Positions 51,518 through 64,000 of a DNA stretch of 64,000 nucleotides are shown in pieces. The notes beneath the pieces are model-generated. The model was not told the DNA's origin, searched no databases, and saw only the letters and a list, made by a program, of their open reading frames with translations. Each line of letters opens with the position of its first letter. Position 1 is the first letter of the stretch. The stretch is from Negaprion brevirostris (taxonomy: Eukaryota): positions 19,431,805 to 19,495,804 of the forward strand of contig JARDVH010000133.1 of NCBI GenBank assembly GCA_030324005.1, in the 5' to 3' direction. Made by a program: the position numbers and the translations under genes.

Positions 51518-52650
51518 CTGTAACAGAATAAACAAAAACGATTTGGGAAACATAAATCCTTGGTGTTTTTTTCCCAAGATCAAATATTTCAGCGCTCTTC
51601 ATATGGCAACTGCAGCATTAGCTTGCACAATATCCAATTCATCAATAACAACAGGAATAAAAACAGAAACTCTGTTTCTCTCCCCACAGATGATGCTGAG
51701 TATTTCAAACATCTTCTGTTTTTGGTTCGGATTTCTAGCATCTCGAGCATTTTGTTCCTGCACCAGCACTTAATTCCTCAAATTAGAAGCCATACCACAA
51801 CAGTATTGCTGGGCAATTCTAATACAAGGCTCTGATCATTCATTTGTGATGCAAATGTACACAAAGGCCTTACAACCTAAGTGGGTGTAAATGTGTGCAG
51901 CAGTCCATCAATATATCATCAGGTTTTAGGATCAGTGTTACATAACCCTCACGGCAAACCAACCACCACTGATAAAGGATCAGTCAGCAGGCCCTGCATT
52001 TAAAACCCTTGACAGAAACAGAACCTGGTCATTTTATCCAGGCTCCCAAAATAAAAAGGGAAAGTAGACTGGCCTCAAAGAGATGCATAAATCTATTATG
52101 GATCGACTGGTTCTCACTCCCAGCATCCAGAGGACACCTCTGGTCCACTGCCACCTTGGACAGGCCACTTTCAAGAACTTAACAAGTGGGAAAAAATAGT
52201 AGATTAATAGCCACATTTTTAACTCATATTATTGTGCTGCTCCACTGAGGAATCAGAATATCCATCTTTAATAAATGATATGGAATCAGAGAGCTTGGGC
52301 ACATGTCAGCTACTTGTCACAAGCATATACATGACCAAAGCTGATCAAATTAAACAAAATTAGTGGCTAAATGCTCTCCAAATTAAATGAAGTTATCAAT
52401 GGAAAATAACCATTCTGGCCACTACATGATCCTGGACTGAAAATAAACTCCATCTGTCTTTCTCTTTAATCTACCTTTTTTTTCCGTCTGACTTGCCAAA
52501 TTGCAAACCTTTATTTAAAATGTGCAAAGTAGCAAAAAAATCAAGGTCTTGAAAACAGTGAACTTCTTTTAGAATACACTTTGAACAGACCTTAAACAAG
52601 AGCACACCTCCAGGACTCAAATGCTAGAGTAAAAGAGGATTAAACTGTAC

Positions 52651-52772
52651 CAGACTTTCTTCATACAGCTTTCGTTTTTCCATCTGTTGTAGGGCCTTCT
52701 TGTACACTTGTGTCACAGATTCATCAGGCTTATCAGCCCACTCCAAGTATTCAGCATACGTGGTCTCCATAT
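52651..52772 (-). CDS. SART3: SART3 exon 6
   Basis: 122 nt, (D)METTYAEYLEWADKPDESVTQVYKKALQQMEKRKLYEESL, phase 1-0. Confidence 0.92.
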
Positions 52773-53623
52773 CTATTTGGAAACAAACATATGGCAGTAA
52801 GCAATCCGATCAAGAAGAGACTGAAATATTCGTGGTTAAGTATAGACTTCAGACAGTGGTTCCACAAAATTAATTGTTCTCCTTGGAGACAAGAAGACTA
52901 AGATTTGATAGAGATGTTTAAACATCACAAGAGGGCTGGCTGGACTGAGTAGAGAAGAGGACATTGTTTCCACTCATTAAAGAATCAAGAGCAAACGGGC
53001 ATAGATTTAAAGTGTTTTGCAAAAGAAGTAAAAGTGATGCAAGAAAAACTTTCATACAAGTGGTTCAGGTCTGGAACGCACTGCCTGAAAAGCCAGCAGG
53101 AATTAGAGAAGATGGGGAGAAACAGCAACAACAAAAGTTTTATTTTCTGAAGTTGTCAACAAGTTCTAGACTATTTGACTGCATTTGGAACTTACTGGGG
53201 AGGTGTCATTTGGAATTAACTGTAAATATTGTAGAACATGTTGAAAAGTCAATTAAAAGTGGAGGAAGCTGGAGCTCAAAAACAAAATTCAAGGATAGCT
53301 TGACATAACTGGTTGGTTCCTGGTATTGGAGGAACAATTAGTGCCTTTGGTGAAAAGTGTGGATAAAGCAGACAAAATAAGATTACTTAATCTTCTTGTT
53401 AAAGATGATAAAAGGTTGACACACACATATAATTTTTGATTGCCTTTTGGAAGCATTGGGCATTGTGGGCAGAATCCCTTTCCCTCCAAGTAATCTATAC
53501 TCTTACTCCAATTATGAGATGTTACAAGTATCTATCTAACACCTACCCTACATCAATCAAACATGACTCCCATGTTTCCCACAGATATGCACTTAGCCAT
53601 GGGCAAGTTTAAAAGCACCTTAC

Positions 53624-53729
53624 CAAGCAAAGGGACACCCAGCTGCCTCTTGAAGAGTGTGTGGATTCGGTCCAGTTGTGCATTCACCATCTCCTGTTGT
53701 TCTGGAGTCAAAACACTGCCAGCAGAGGG
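53624..53729 (-). CDS. SART3: SART3 exon 5
   Basis: 106 nt, PSAGSVLTPEQQEMVNAQLDRIHTLFKRQLGVPLL, ctcag/gtaagg, phase 0-1. Confidence 0.9.
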
Positions 53730-53926
53730 CTGAGAGAGGGAAGACATTCATTTCATGAAACTGGCAATTACTGGATTTGAAATGGAGGAATGGAGCTGAG
53801 CCCCAATCCATTTAAACATTTTATTTTCAGAGTAAACCATTTAAAATGTCACCACAATTAGGAGAAAATTTCAAAACCTTGATACCAGCAGACTGCTTTT
53901 AAAGCAATTGACCTACTGCCCATGGT

Positions 53927-54901
53927 GGGCCCTATTTTACCATTTTGATTTAAGTGCTGGGCAGACTTGAAACTGGGAGCATTTCAGACTTTTAGGCCCA
54001 TTCTGAGGTGCCCCCAAACGCAATCTGCCTGCAAAAATATCAGTGATTCCAAATCGCGCTGCACAAGCCTGTGGGTGTGGCTTAACGCGCCTGAAACCCT
54101 GCAGTTCCGATCGGTGCCCCCAACTGTGCACGTGCAGAAAAAAAAATGATAGAATGCTGCTGTCCTGCCACATTGCTTCCAGGCCAGACAATGCCACCCC
54201 CTGACCCCCACAGACATGCTCCACAACATTACTGACCCCTTTATCCTCCACAAACCCCAGCCACCCAGAGCTATCATGATCAGCCCCCTTCCCTCCCACC
54301 CATCTCAGGCAGACTGGCAGCAGGCAGCCCTGGCCCCGGCGNNNNNNNNNNNNNNNNNNNNNNNNNNNNNNNNNNNNNNNNNNNNNNNNNNNNNNNNNNN
54401 NNNNNNNNNNNNNNNNNNNNNNNNNNNNNNNNNNNNNNNNNNNNNNNNNNNNNNNNNNNNNNNNNNNNNNNNNNNNNNNNNNNNNNNNNNNNNNNNNNNN
54501 NNNNNNNNNNNNNCCCCTACCGATTTCAAGCGGAGAGTCATTGAACCCACCTCTTCTCCCACTAATCTCAAGCAGAGAGCCACTCCTCACTAACTGGAGC
54601 GCCCAAATCAGGTTTATATGAAGCACGTCTGTTTTGCACCAATTCGGGATGGGTGAATGCAGTGGTAAAGGGGGAAGTGCCGGTAAGGTTGGCCATGCAG
54701 TCTATTAAGTCAATTTAAATGCATGAAAATGTATTTAAATGGCTGTCACGCCTGCTCTGGGCACAATCGCAGCCATTTTCAGGCCTTGTTAAAGGGTGAA
54801 CCAATGCGGAGGTAGGCATGCATCGCGCTACTCACCTCACACTCAACTGTACGAAATTTTCGCCCCAAAAACAGGCACAATGCGATGGTAAAATTGGGCC
54901 C
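53927..54901. mobile_element. Non-autonomous DNA transposon/MITE with 17-bp TIRs (possibly PIF/Harbinger-like)
   Basis: gggccctattttaccat ... atggtaaaattgggccc (1 mismatch); GC-richer interior, no transposase seen. Confidence 0.65.
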
Positions 54902-55689
54902 GATGTCTCTATACCTCAGTATACATTGTTTCTTTCTTAATCACTTATACAAATCTCTTATTATTATTTCTTTTGTTATATAATGAAACACTAATGTTTC
55001 TGTTTAATATTTTTTAATCCAACAAGGTACAGGAATTATCTAGAGACAGACTTCAATGAGAATTAGCAATCTTAGATTCAAGTTCTGCTACTCATTCTAG
55101 AATTATTCAGCCTCCACAGTTATGCTCAAGGTTCCAGTGCAGATATGGTTTAAATGCCTGAATAAAAAGCTCATTCCCTTCCTCCATGGAAGGAAAATTC
55201 AATATCACTGCCTAGCTAATGAATTAAGTAGATAATGCACAAGTGTCGCCATCGATCAGTGGACATTTTTTCACCAAGTTCAAACCCAGTGTGGGCATAA
55301 TAATAATACTTTTTACCAATTAAAAATGAGCTTGGGCCATTTCAATCCAGTTTTTGATCTGGATGTGGATCTGCACCAAAAAACAGCCCATAATTTGGCA
55401 CTTTCAGAGCGCAAGAATGACACTGTGGCAAACAGATGTGTTGTGCTGCTGCTCTATGGTTTGTTGTTAAAAGTACATTCTACAGGCAGAATAGGAAACT
55501 GAAAATGGAAGTTATTCTCCCTAATATTGATATCCCTCCCAACAAAAAGGAATGTGTTCACACTGACTGCTTGAGACTACAGTGGGATGAGGGCAAAGTG
55601 GCTAAGTTGACAGGGAGCAAAAACTTTATGGTGGGACAATTGAGGAACATTGGAGGACTTTTAAGGTGATTTTTCACATTGCTCAGCAA

Positions 55690-57428
55690 AAGTATATACC
55701 AGTGATAAGGACAGACTGTAGAAAAAGAGATAATCAGCCATGTATAACTAAGGAAATAAAGGAGGGTATCAAATTGAAAGAAAATGCTTACAAAGTGGCA
55801 GATTAGTGGGAAATTAGAAGATTGGAAAATCTTTAAAGGTCAACAGAAAGTCACAAAAAAAGCTATAATGAAAAGTAAGATGGATTATGAGAGTAAACTA
55901 GCTCAGAATATAAAAAGGATGTAATAACTGGAAATGAGGAAATGGCTGAGGTATTGAACAAGTCTTTTGTCAGTCTTTACAGTAGAAGACACAAATAACA
56001 TGCCATAATTGATGACAGTGAGGCTATGGCAGGTGAGGACCATTATCACGAAAGGGATAGTGTTGGGCAAGCTAATGGAGCCAAAGGTAGACAAGTCTCC
56101 TGCCCTGTTGGAACGCATCCCAGCGTACTGAAATAGCAAATGCACTAGTGGTAATTTACCAAAATTCGCTGGACTCTGAAGTGGTTCCCGCAGATTGGAA
56201 AACAGCAAATGTGAGGCCAGTGTTTGAAAAAAGAGGCAGACAAAAGGCGGGTAACTACAGGCCAGTTAGTTTAACTTCTGTAATACGGAAAATGCTTGAA
56301 TCTATCATCAAGGAAAAAACAGCGAGACATCTGGATATAAATTGTCCCATTGAGAAGGTGCAGCATGTGTTCATGAGGGCACATCATGTTTGATTAATTT
56401 GGTCAAAGGCTGCCTTTCAATAAGATAAAGATGCATGGATAGACGATTGGTTAACTAACAAAAAGCAAAGGGTGGGAGTAAATGGGTGTTTTCTGGTTGG
56501 CAATCAGTGACTAGTGGTGTGCCTCAGGAATCAATGTTTACGATTTACATAGATGATTTGGAGTTGGGGACCAAGTGTAGTGTGTCAAAATTTGCAGATG
56601 ACACTAAGATGNNNNNNNNNNNNNNNNNNNNNNNNNNNNNNNNNNNNNNNNNNNNNNNNNNNNNNNNNNNNNNNNNNNNNNNNNNNNNNNNNNNNNNNNN
56701 NNNNNNNNNNNNNNNNNNNNNNNNNNNNNNNNNNNNNNNNNNNNNNNNNNNNNNNNNNNNNNNNNNNNNNNNNNNNNNNNNNNNNNNNNNNNNNNNNNNN
56801 NNNNNNNNNNNNNNNNNNNNNNNNNNNNNNNNNNNNNNNNNNNNNNNNNNNNNNNNNNNNNNNNNNNNNNNNNNNNNNNNNNNNNNNNNNNNNNNNNNNN
56901 NNNNNNNNNNNNNNNNNNNNNNNNNNNNNNNNNNNNNNNNNNNNNNNNNNNNNNNNNNNNNNNNNNNNNNNNNNNNNNNNNNNNNNNNNNNNNNNNNNNN
57001 NNNNNNNNNNNNNNNNNNNNNNNNNNNNTTCAGAAGAATAAGGGGAGATCTTACAGAGACATACAAGAAAATGAAGGGAGTAGATAAAATAGAAGCAGGG
57101 AAGTTGTTTCCAATGGCAGGTGAAACTAGAACTAGGGGGCATGGCCTCAAAATAAGGGGATTAGGACTGAGTTGAGGAGGAACTTCTTCACACAAAGGAT
57201 TGTGAATCTGTGGAATTCCCTGCCCAGCGAAGCAGTTGAGGCTACCTCATTGAATGTTTTTAAGGCAAGGGTAGATAAATTTTTGAACAGTAATGGAATT
57301 AAAGGTTATGGTGAGTGGGTGGATAACTGGAGCTGAGCTGACAAAAAGATCAGCCATGATCTTACTGAATGGCGGAGCAAGCTCAAGGGACCAGATGGCC
57401 TACTCCTGCTCCGAGATCTTTATGTTCT
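55690..57428 (+). mobile_element. CR1 LINE, degenerate ORF2 to 3' tail
   Basis: [64 protein letters not shown], then 3'UTR. Confidence 0.92.
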
Positions 57429-57544
57429 TCGTTCAAGAAACCTCAGTTTAAATAGGTTTTCATAGATGAATAGTTCAAACAAAAAACAATGTTTACAATC
57501 TCGTATTTTTTGCACAACTAACCAATCATTTCTTCCTCGCCTGG

Positions 57545-58018
57545 GGTGGCACAGTGGCGCAATAATTAGCACTGTTGTCTCATAGCACCAGGGACCCAGG
57601 TTCAAGTCCAGCCTCGGGTCACTNNNNNNNNNNNNNNNNNNNNNNNNNNNNNNNNNNNNNNNNNNNNNNNNNNNNNNNNNNNNNNNNNNNNNNNNNNNNN
57701 NNNNNNNNNNNNNNNNNNNNNNNCTGTTGTCTCATAGCACCAGGGACCCAGGTTCAAGTCCAGCCTCGGATCACTGTGTGAAGTTTGCATGTTATTCCTA
57801 TGTCTGCACGGGTTTCCTCCAGGTGCTCCAGTTTCCTTCCACAGTCCAACGATGTGTGGATTAGGTTGATCAGGCATGCTAAATTGTTGCTTAGTGTCAG
57901 GAGGACTAGCAGGATAAATACGTGAGGTTACAGGAAAGAGCCTGGGTGAGATGGTTCTCGGTGCAGGCCTGATGAGCCAAATGGCCTCCTTCTGTACTAT
58001 AGGGATTCTATGATTCTA
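57545..58018 (+). mobile_element. HE1/V-SINE-like tRNA SINE (head repeated across a gap)
   Basis: ggcacagtggcgcaat..ttagcactg head, gggtttcctccaggtgctcc core and tagggattctatgattcta tail. Confidence 0.8.
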
Positions 58019-58099
58019 GTTTGTATCTAACTCCACGCAACAGTCTTTACAAGTTTACCATTTGTTCACATTATCAATCTAAAATCTTCATTCTCTTAC

Positions 58100-58284
58100 C
58101 TGTAAGGTTCCTAAAATAGCATTTTCAAACTCTCTAAAGGCCTCCCAGATTGCTACTCCTTTTGTCATGTGGAGTCCAACAGCAGTTAAGGCTCGATTAA
58201 AGATCGCACGAGCTTTTTCAATACCACCCTGCTGACCAATTCCACCAATGGAGTACTGGGCATATTCCAGCCATATCTCAGGAC
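58100..58284 (-). CDS. SART3: SART3 exon 4 (HAT repeats)
   Basis: 185 nt, (C)PEIWLEYAQYSIGGIGQQGGIEKARAIFNRALTAVGLHMTKGVAIWEAFREFENAI. Confidence 0.95.
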
Positions 58285-59529
58285 CTGCAATAAAAAATAT
58301 TTGTTAACATCAATGTGTATCAAAACAGAATTAAACCAGTATGTGTAAACTGACAAACAAGCCATACGTTTATTACCAGGTGCCCACATCAAGAGGAATT
58401 TTCCATTTAAGTGTCGCATACACAACAAACCCGGTTTCCCACAGGAATAAGGGGGAATGCCACCTCACATAGAGCAGCGCACACTCCTGAACTTCACAAC
58501 TGTAGTAAAACTTATTCTGCTAGACATAGTATGGTCTCTTAGACAGACCTCAAAACCTGCACACTGCAGATTCCACTATGGAACAATCTGTACATACAAG
58601 TCCACTTAGTCCCTATAATTATGTTGCATGGTAACTGATCACAATTACTTGTTCATATTCTTCTACTTTTAGCAGAGGCATTAACGTAATTATTAAAGAC
58701 AGGCTGATATGCTCACTAAAATGTTAGAGAGGAACTTTATACAATCCCAAGTGATTGTATACTTGTATCCATCCCACGGCATTAATTCAGAGTCCAAGTG
58801 TTCATTCACTTTTACATGCTGGTTGTTCTATAGTCAAATTAGCTATGCCCACTACATTGTGGAGTCTGTCCAAAAGTCTGCTTTCTGTCCAGAGGGATGA
58901 GTTTTAATATAATAAAATGTCAGGATTTTAAAGAATAAGAAATGGCGGCAAAGTTATCACAAACCAATTCACGGAGATTTCTTTGCAGCTTTGACAACTA
59001 AGTTGAGTGTGAACTAACTGGAGACCATTTTTATTGGTCTCTGCAGGTTCTATAGTTTGACATGTTTAAAAATCTGAGTGAAAAGAACATGGTGATCACA
59101 GTGTCTACAACAGTTTCTAATATGGAGAACTGCATCATGTTGTAGCACCATATCATCACTCCCAGTTAAATGAAATATCTGATTACTTGTCTGCTTGAGT
59201 TTTTAATTTTTCAGTTTACCAACAGCCAAATTTAAAGCTCAATTTATGCAACAGAGGAGAGCTAAGTTTCAGGACAGCACAATTTTTGAAACTGCACAGT
59301 TCCTGTAAGTTATTTCCAGGAACATATTAATAACTTTAGAAAGCCCAACTTCTCTTTCCTTCTCCCCATCCCTCTTCACTGGAAGAAGTGGGAAGAATGA
59401 ACACTCTGCTCAGCTAACAGGTGCAACCTATCTGCAAGACACTAGTGAATGGGGTTTGACTTGATCAGAGAAAGCTGTGATTGCTCACTGTTGGGACTGA
59501 TAGACAAAATGTGAAGAGGAGGAATTTAC

Positions 59530-59634
59530 AAATATAATCGTTGACAGCCTTCTCAAACAGCTCATAAACTTTTGCTCTGTCAGTTGCTTCTTCTGCCATT
59601 CGAATTTCATCCTTCAGCCAGTCCAGCCAAAGCT
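59530..59634 (-). CDS. SART3: SART3 exon 3
   Basis: 105 nt, (E)LWLDWLKDEIRMAEEATDRAKVYELFEKAVNDYI. Confidence 0.95.
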
Positions 59635-59910
59635 CTGCAAAACACAATTACATTTGCTTCCCATTAACAAAGAGCCAGAATCTTCACAAACCATATTATT
59701 CATGACAACATGATCTTTGTAAACATGATCAGAACATGCTTGAAACAGGTCGCAGAATATCGAAATACGAAACTACAATAAAGATCTCGTGAAAGTGAGT
59801 TCATTCTTCAAACTCTAAGCTGCTGGCTGGTTACAAATATGTCCCTTTAAAGATTTAAAGATGTTACAAGTAACCTGGGTTTCAGCAAGATACACTGATT
59901 ATAATTTTAC

Positions 59911-60037
59911 CTTCAGTAAGCGGGAAAAGTTCACTCATCTTCTGTCGAGCAGAGCGTAATTTCTCCAGCTCCCCCTCCTGACGCAGCAATTTAATTAAAT
60001 CCACGTGGCAATTGTAATCATAGGCACTGATGGAAAG
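59911..60037 (-). CDS. SART3: SART3 exon 2
   Basis: 127 nt, LSISAYDYNCHVDLIKLLRQEGELEKLRSARQKMSELFPLTE; exon 1 is not in the window. Confidence 0.95.
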
Positions 60038-60624
60038 CTAAAAGAAACACAAAACAAATAAATCACTACTGTCCCCATATCAATGTTACCAGTTGGTCCT
60101 AAAGAGTATTATCACACATCTGTGATTTTATTTAACAGTGTAATAACTGATTAGTGTCTATAAATCAAGTGCTTGATTCTCAGATTGTCACACACATCAG
60201 ATCAAACAGATGTCTGCTTCGTCTATGGCTAATCAAGCAATTTGTCTCAAGTCGCTACATCTAGCATCCTGGTCAATGGTCTAAGGAGCGTAAAATCACG
60301 TAAGGCCATCAAAAAAAAGTGTTTTATACAAAAACAGAAGAGTTTGGTATTACTGTGTCAAATGATACACTATTTTCCATTATCGTGCAGGTCTACTATA
60401 CAGTGTAATGCACAATGCATTCTTCTATAAAGATGGAGCTGTGTAGCTTTAAGAGTAGAAAGTCTAAGTTAAGTCAACATGAAATCAATCAGAGTTCAAT
60501 GATTTTTGGTCAGGGATGTTTGTTGATGGGAATTTAATTGCAAGTTTCAGAATGCAGGTTAGAAGCAGCCATTTTAAAGTGTAAGCCATTCTTGATTCCT
60601 ACTCAACAAGATCTTTTTTAATCT

Positions 60625-61702
60625 TAGAATCATAGAATCCTACAGTGCAGATGGAAGCCATTCAGCCCACCAAGTCAGCACCAAACACAATCCCAAGTAA
60701 ACCTTATCCCCATAACCCCATGCATTTACCCTAGCTAGTCCTCTTAGGGACAATTTAGCATGGCCAATCCATCTAACCCACACATCCTTGGACTCAGAAC
60801 ACCTGGAGGAAACCCACACAGTCATGGGGAGAATGTGCAAACTTCAGACAGTGATCCAAGCTGGGAATCGAACTCAGGTCCCAGGGTCTGTGAGGCAGCA
60901 GTGCTAACCACTGTGCCATCCCTTGCTGCATCCTGACATCCACAGACTGTCATGCACTGCCACATGCACGTACAACCTCTCTCTCCAGCAGCACCAACTC
61001 ACACCATCTCAGAACTATCTTGCTCCAAAGTTTAATTTCATTCTTCGCCTCATCCAACGCCCTACCTAACCTGCACAACTCTTGGAGAAAATCAGAGCAC
61101 CTGGAAAAAGCCCACACAGTCACTGGGAGAATGTGCAAACTCCACTATAATCTGAAGCCAGAATTGAACCCAGGTCCCTGGCGCTGAGGCAGTAGTACCA
61201 ACCACTGTGCCACTTCTCCTCTGATGCTGAATGACCTGTCCTCAGCAAAGGACTCAGCTTTAACCCTTTGCCCTCAGTTTAACAAATTTTGAGCTCTCTT
61301 AACATTGAGTTCTTCTTCTGTCACCTTGCCCACTTCTTTGGGCAGGGGTCCACCCCTCTCCAATATTCTCCCTCCACCCTCTTACCCTCATAGAAATCAT
61401 AGAAACCCTACAGTGCAGGAGGAGTCCATTTGCCCCATTGAGTCTGTACCCACAATAGTCCCACCCGGGCCCTATCCCCATAACCCCACGCATTTACTCT
61501 ATCTAGTCCCCTAAGGGGCAATTTAGCATGACCAATCCACCTAACCTGCACATCTTCGGACTGTGGGAGGAAACCGGAGCACCTGGAGGAAACCCATGCA
61601 GACACAGGGAGAATGTACAAACCCCACACAGTGACCTAAGCTGGGAATCAAATCCAGGTCCCTGTGAGGCAGCAGTGCTGACCACTGTGCCAGCGTGCCA
61701 TC
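60625..61702 (-). mobile_element. Cluster of three same-orientation HE1/V-SINE-like copies (60625-60920, 61060-61212, 61390-61702)
   Basis: Repeated gagcacctggaggaaaccca..gaggcagcagtgct.accactgtgcca; two copies keep the catagaa tail. Confidence 0.8.
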
Positions 61703-61859
61703 CTCTTAATCTTTTGATTGCAAACACCAGGCATGACATCGGCTGTCTCATTTTCTTCAGTGTCTCCCTCTGAACTCGTTGCATTCCATTCTCTCAGGCC
61801 CACCGTGGATTTGTTGTCAAACACGCTGACAAGGACAGTGCTGTTGTTGTCTACCGTGC

Positions 61860-62440
61860 AGAGGTTGAACACAGATTGAGTGCCTGCTTTGCTGAACATC
61901 TCCATTCAGTCTGCAAGCATGACCCAGAGCTTCCAGTGGCCTGTCATTTTAACTCTCCTCCTCACTGTCATGTTGACATCTCAGCCTGCATGCACCGATC
62001 CAACGAAGTTCAACACAAGCTTGAAGAACAGCATCCCATCTTTCAGTTAGGCATTCGGCAGCCTTCTGAACGCAACGCTGACTTCAGAAATTTCAGATCC
62101 TAACTCTGTTCCGATTTCTTTCCTTGTTTCATTCTTTCTCCTTTCAGTTAACTGAACACCTATTCCAGGGATATCTCTTCTTTTCTTGCCCAGTCACCAT
62201 TCCCTCTGGCCCTGTAAGACCAACCCTCCTGCCATTCAATCTCTCCTGTTGTCACAGATATTCTTTTTGTTCTTGTCCCATCCACAAAGTCTATTAAATC
62301 GCTAACATTTCCCACTTCTGATGAAAGGTCCCCAGCCTGAAAGATTAACTGTTTCTCTCTCCACAGATGCTGCCTGGCCTGCTGAGTTTTCCCTAACATT
62401 TCTTGTTATTTCAAATTTCCGCCATCTACAGCATTGTGTT
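61860..62440 (+). mobile_element. Penelope-like element 3' part: GIY-YIG endonuclease C-terminus plus 3' region with a decayed hammerhead motif
   Basis: FAEHLHSVCKHDPELPVACHFNSPPH...KLEEQHPIFQLG..QPS..N.DF.NFR is typical of PLE GIY-YIG; CTGATGA..GAAA at 62318-62342. Confidence 0.8.
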
Positions 62441-62916
62441 TTAGATCTTTTCTGTTGTTCTGCACACTGCAAGGTTTTCAGTTTTTTTGTTCATTTTGTT
62501 GTCTTCCTGAAGCTTGGCAGGGAGATCACTCAGTGTTTCCTACTAGTGGAATCATCCTCTCCACGATCACACAATATATACTATAGATAGTAATTACAAA
62601 TATTTGTATATTGCTTGTATCTTTATGTGTCTACAGAATCATTTTATTAAGAATAATTCCATTTTGGCGTCAAAAAGTGGTTTTGACTACAGGAAAGTGG
62701 CAGAAACAGTTGGTGATTACCACAATCAGACTACATGACCGTAAATGGGGCACAGAATAAAGCACCTTCTACTATTCACTGGAAACTCAATCAGCCGAAA
62801 TATGCAAACAGTTGTGAAAATTATTTACATAAGGTGAGCAACTTAGAAGACTTTCACAGCGTCAACATTGTGAATATAAACCTAATACCCTAAAGGATTT
62901 TTAAACAGATATCTTG

Positions 62917-63415
62917 CATAAGACATAGCAGCAGAATTAGACCACTCAGCCAATCGTGTCTGCTCTGCCATTCAATTATGGCTGATATTTTTCTCATCCT
63001 CATTCTCCTGCCTTTTCCCCATAACCCCTGATCCCCTTATTAATCAAAAACCTATCTCTGTCTTAAAGACACTCAATGACCTGACCTCCACAGCCTTCTG
63101 CAGCAAAGAATTCCACAGATTCACCACTCTCTGGCTGAAGAAATTCCTCATCTGTTGTAAAGGATTGTCCCTTTAGCCTGAGGTTGTGCCCTCAGTGTTT
63201 CCTACTAGTGGAAACATCCTCTCCACATCCAGTCTATTCAGACCTCAAAGTATTCTGTAAGTTTCAATAAGATCCCCCTCCCCCCTCATCCTTCTAAACT
63301 CCAAAGAATACAGACCAAAGTCCTCAACCATTCCTCATATGACAAGCTCTTCATTCCAGGGATCATTCTTATGAACCTCCGCTGGACCCTTTCCAAGGCC
63401 AGCACATCCTTCCTC
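62917..63415 (-). mobile_element. CR1 LINE 3' end
   Basis: cataagacatag tail, gaattccacagattcaccactctctgg, and a decayed LERVQRRF-type segment near 63370-63400. Confidence 0.8.
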
Positions 63416-64000
63416 CCCTCTGCAATGTTTCAGTTGACAACAGTAAATCCTGCCAATATATATCATGTAATTCACTGTGGCTGAACACAGTAAGCTCTTT
63501 GCACTGGTGACAGCCAGGGTCTGATGTATATAACACACTTGTTTTAAACCAGCTGATTAGATCTAGCATTCAAATCTTTTTGTGCAAAAGCAAATAAACA
63601 CAAGCTGGAATATCTGTTTCTGTGAAGCTAACCAACGTGCTGAATTTCTGAAACTTAATTTCAGCAGAGATCAGGATAACCAGTGATTTAGCAATGATGA
63701 CAGGATCTTTATTATGTGAAGAGACATTCGCTTCAAATCCTTTGGAATTCTTGTTGGTCATTTCCTTAATCACTTGTTCACAGCTGCTCAAAGATACATC
63801 CCAGTCTTTCAACTAGGGATAAACTGCTTTGTTGTTCAAATGTTCTCTCTTCACTGATGAGCGAAGGCAATTGGCTTTATTTCCAGTTCTCAGTTGATGA
63901 GCCATGACCAAGTGGTTTTTCCAAGTGATCCTTAAGGTAGGTTTCAGGGGATTTAATTTCCCACTTCTGAACATTTAATCAATTTGTTTTATTTTTTCCC

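Noticed and set aside
57571-57776. Duplicated SINE head across a gap
   Set aside because: Same 100-N gap pattern; cannot be distinguished from misassembly.
63853-63905. CTGATGA / TGATGA motifs suggesting a hammerhead or C/D snoRNA
   Set aside because: No GAAA box with a stem II, no terminal stem, and antisense to the host gene.

Overview
Vertebrate genomic DNA with many N-gaps. The repeat landscape (HE1/V-SINE-like tRNA SINEs, Deu-domain SINEs, CR1 LINEs, Penelope fragments) points to a shark or other elasmobranch. Three genes are present. (1) The 3' end of MTMR3 (+): a 27-nt cassette microexon, the last FYVE-domain exon and a ~3.2 kb 3'UTR. (2) A near-complete FICD/HYPE (+): a GC-rich promoter and transmembrane exon whose donor is uncertain because of a gap, plus a large TPR+Fic exon. 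(3) SART3/p110 (-): 18 coding exons (equivalent to human exons 2-19) whose splice phases chain into one open frame; exon 1 lies beyond the window. The best second-look signals are the microexon that splits the FYVE domain, Penelope insertions with TSDs, a perfect 54-bp fold-back and a minimal hammerhead ribozyme motif, clustered miR-17-family and miR-99/100 seed sites in the MTMR3 3'UTR, and a ~560-bp direct duplication bracketing unexplained sequence between FICD and SART3. I see no convincing evidence of a wholly new gene system. All family assignments come from recognition of the sequence, not database searches, and repeat boundaries are approximate.
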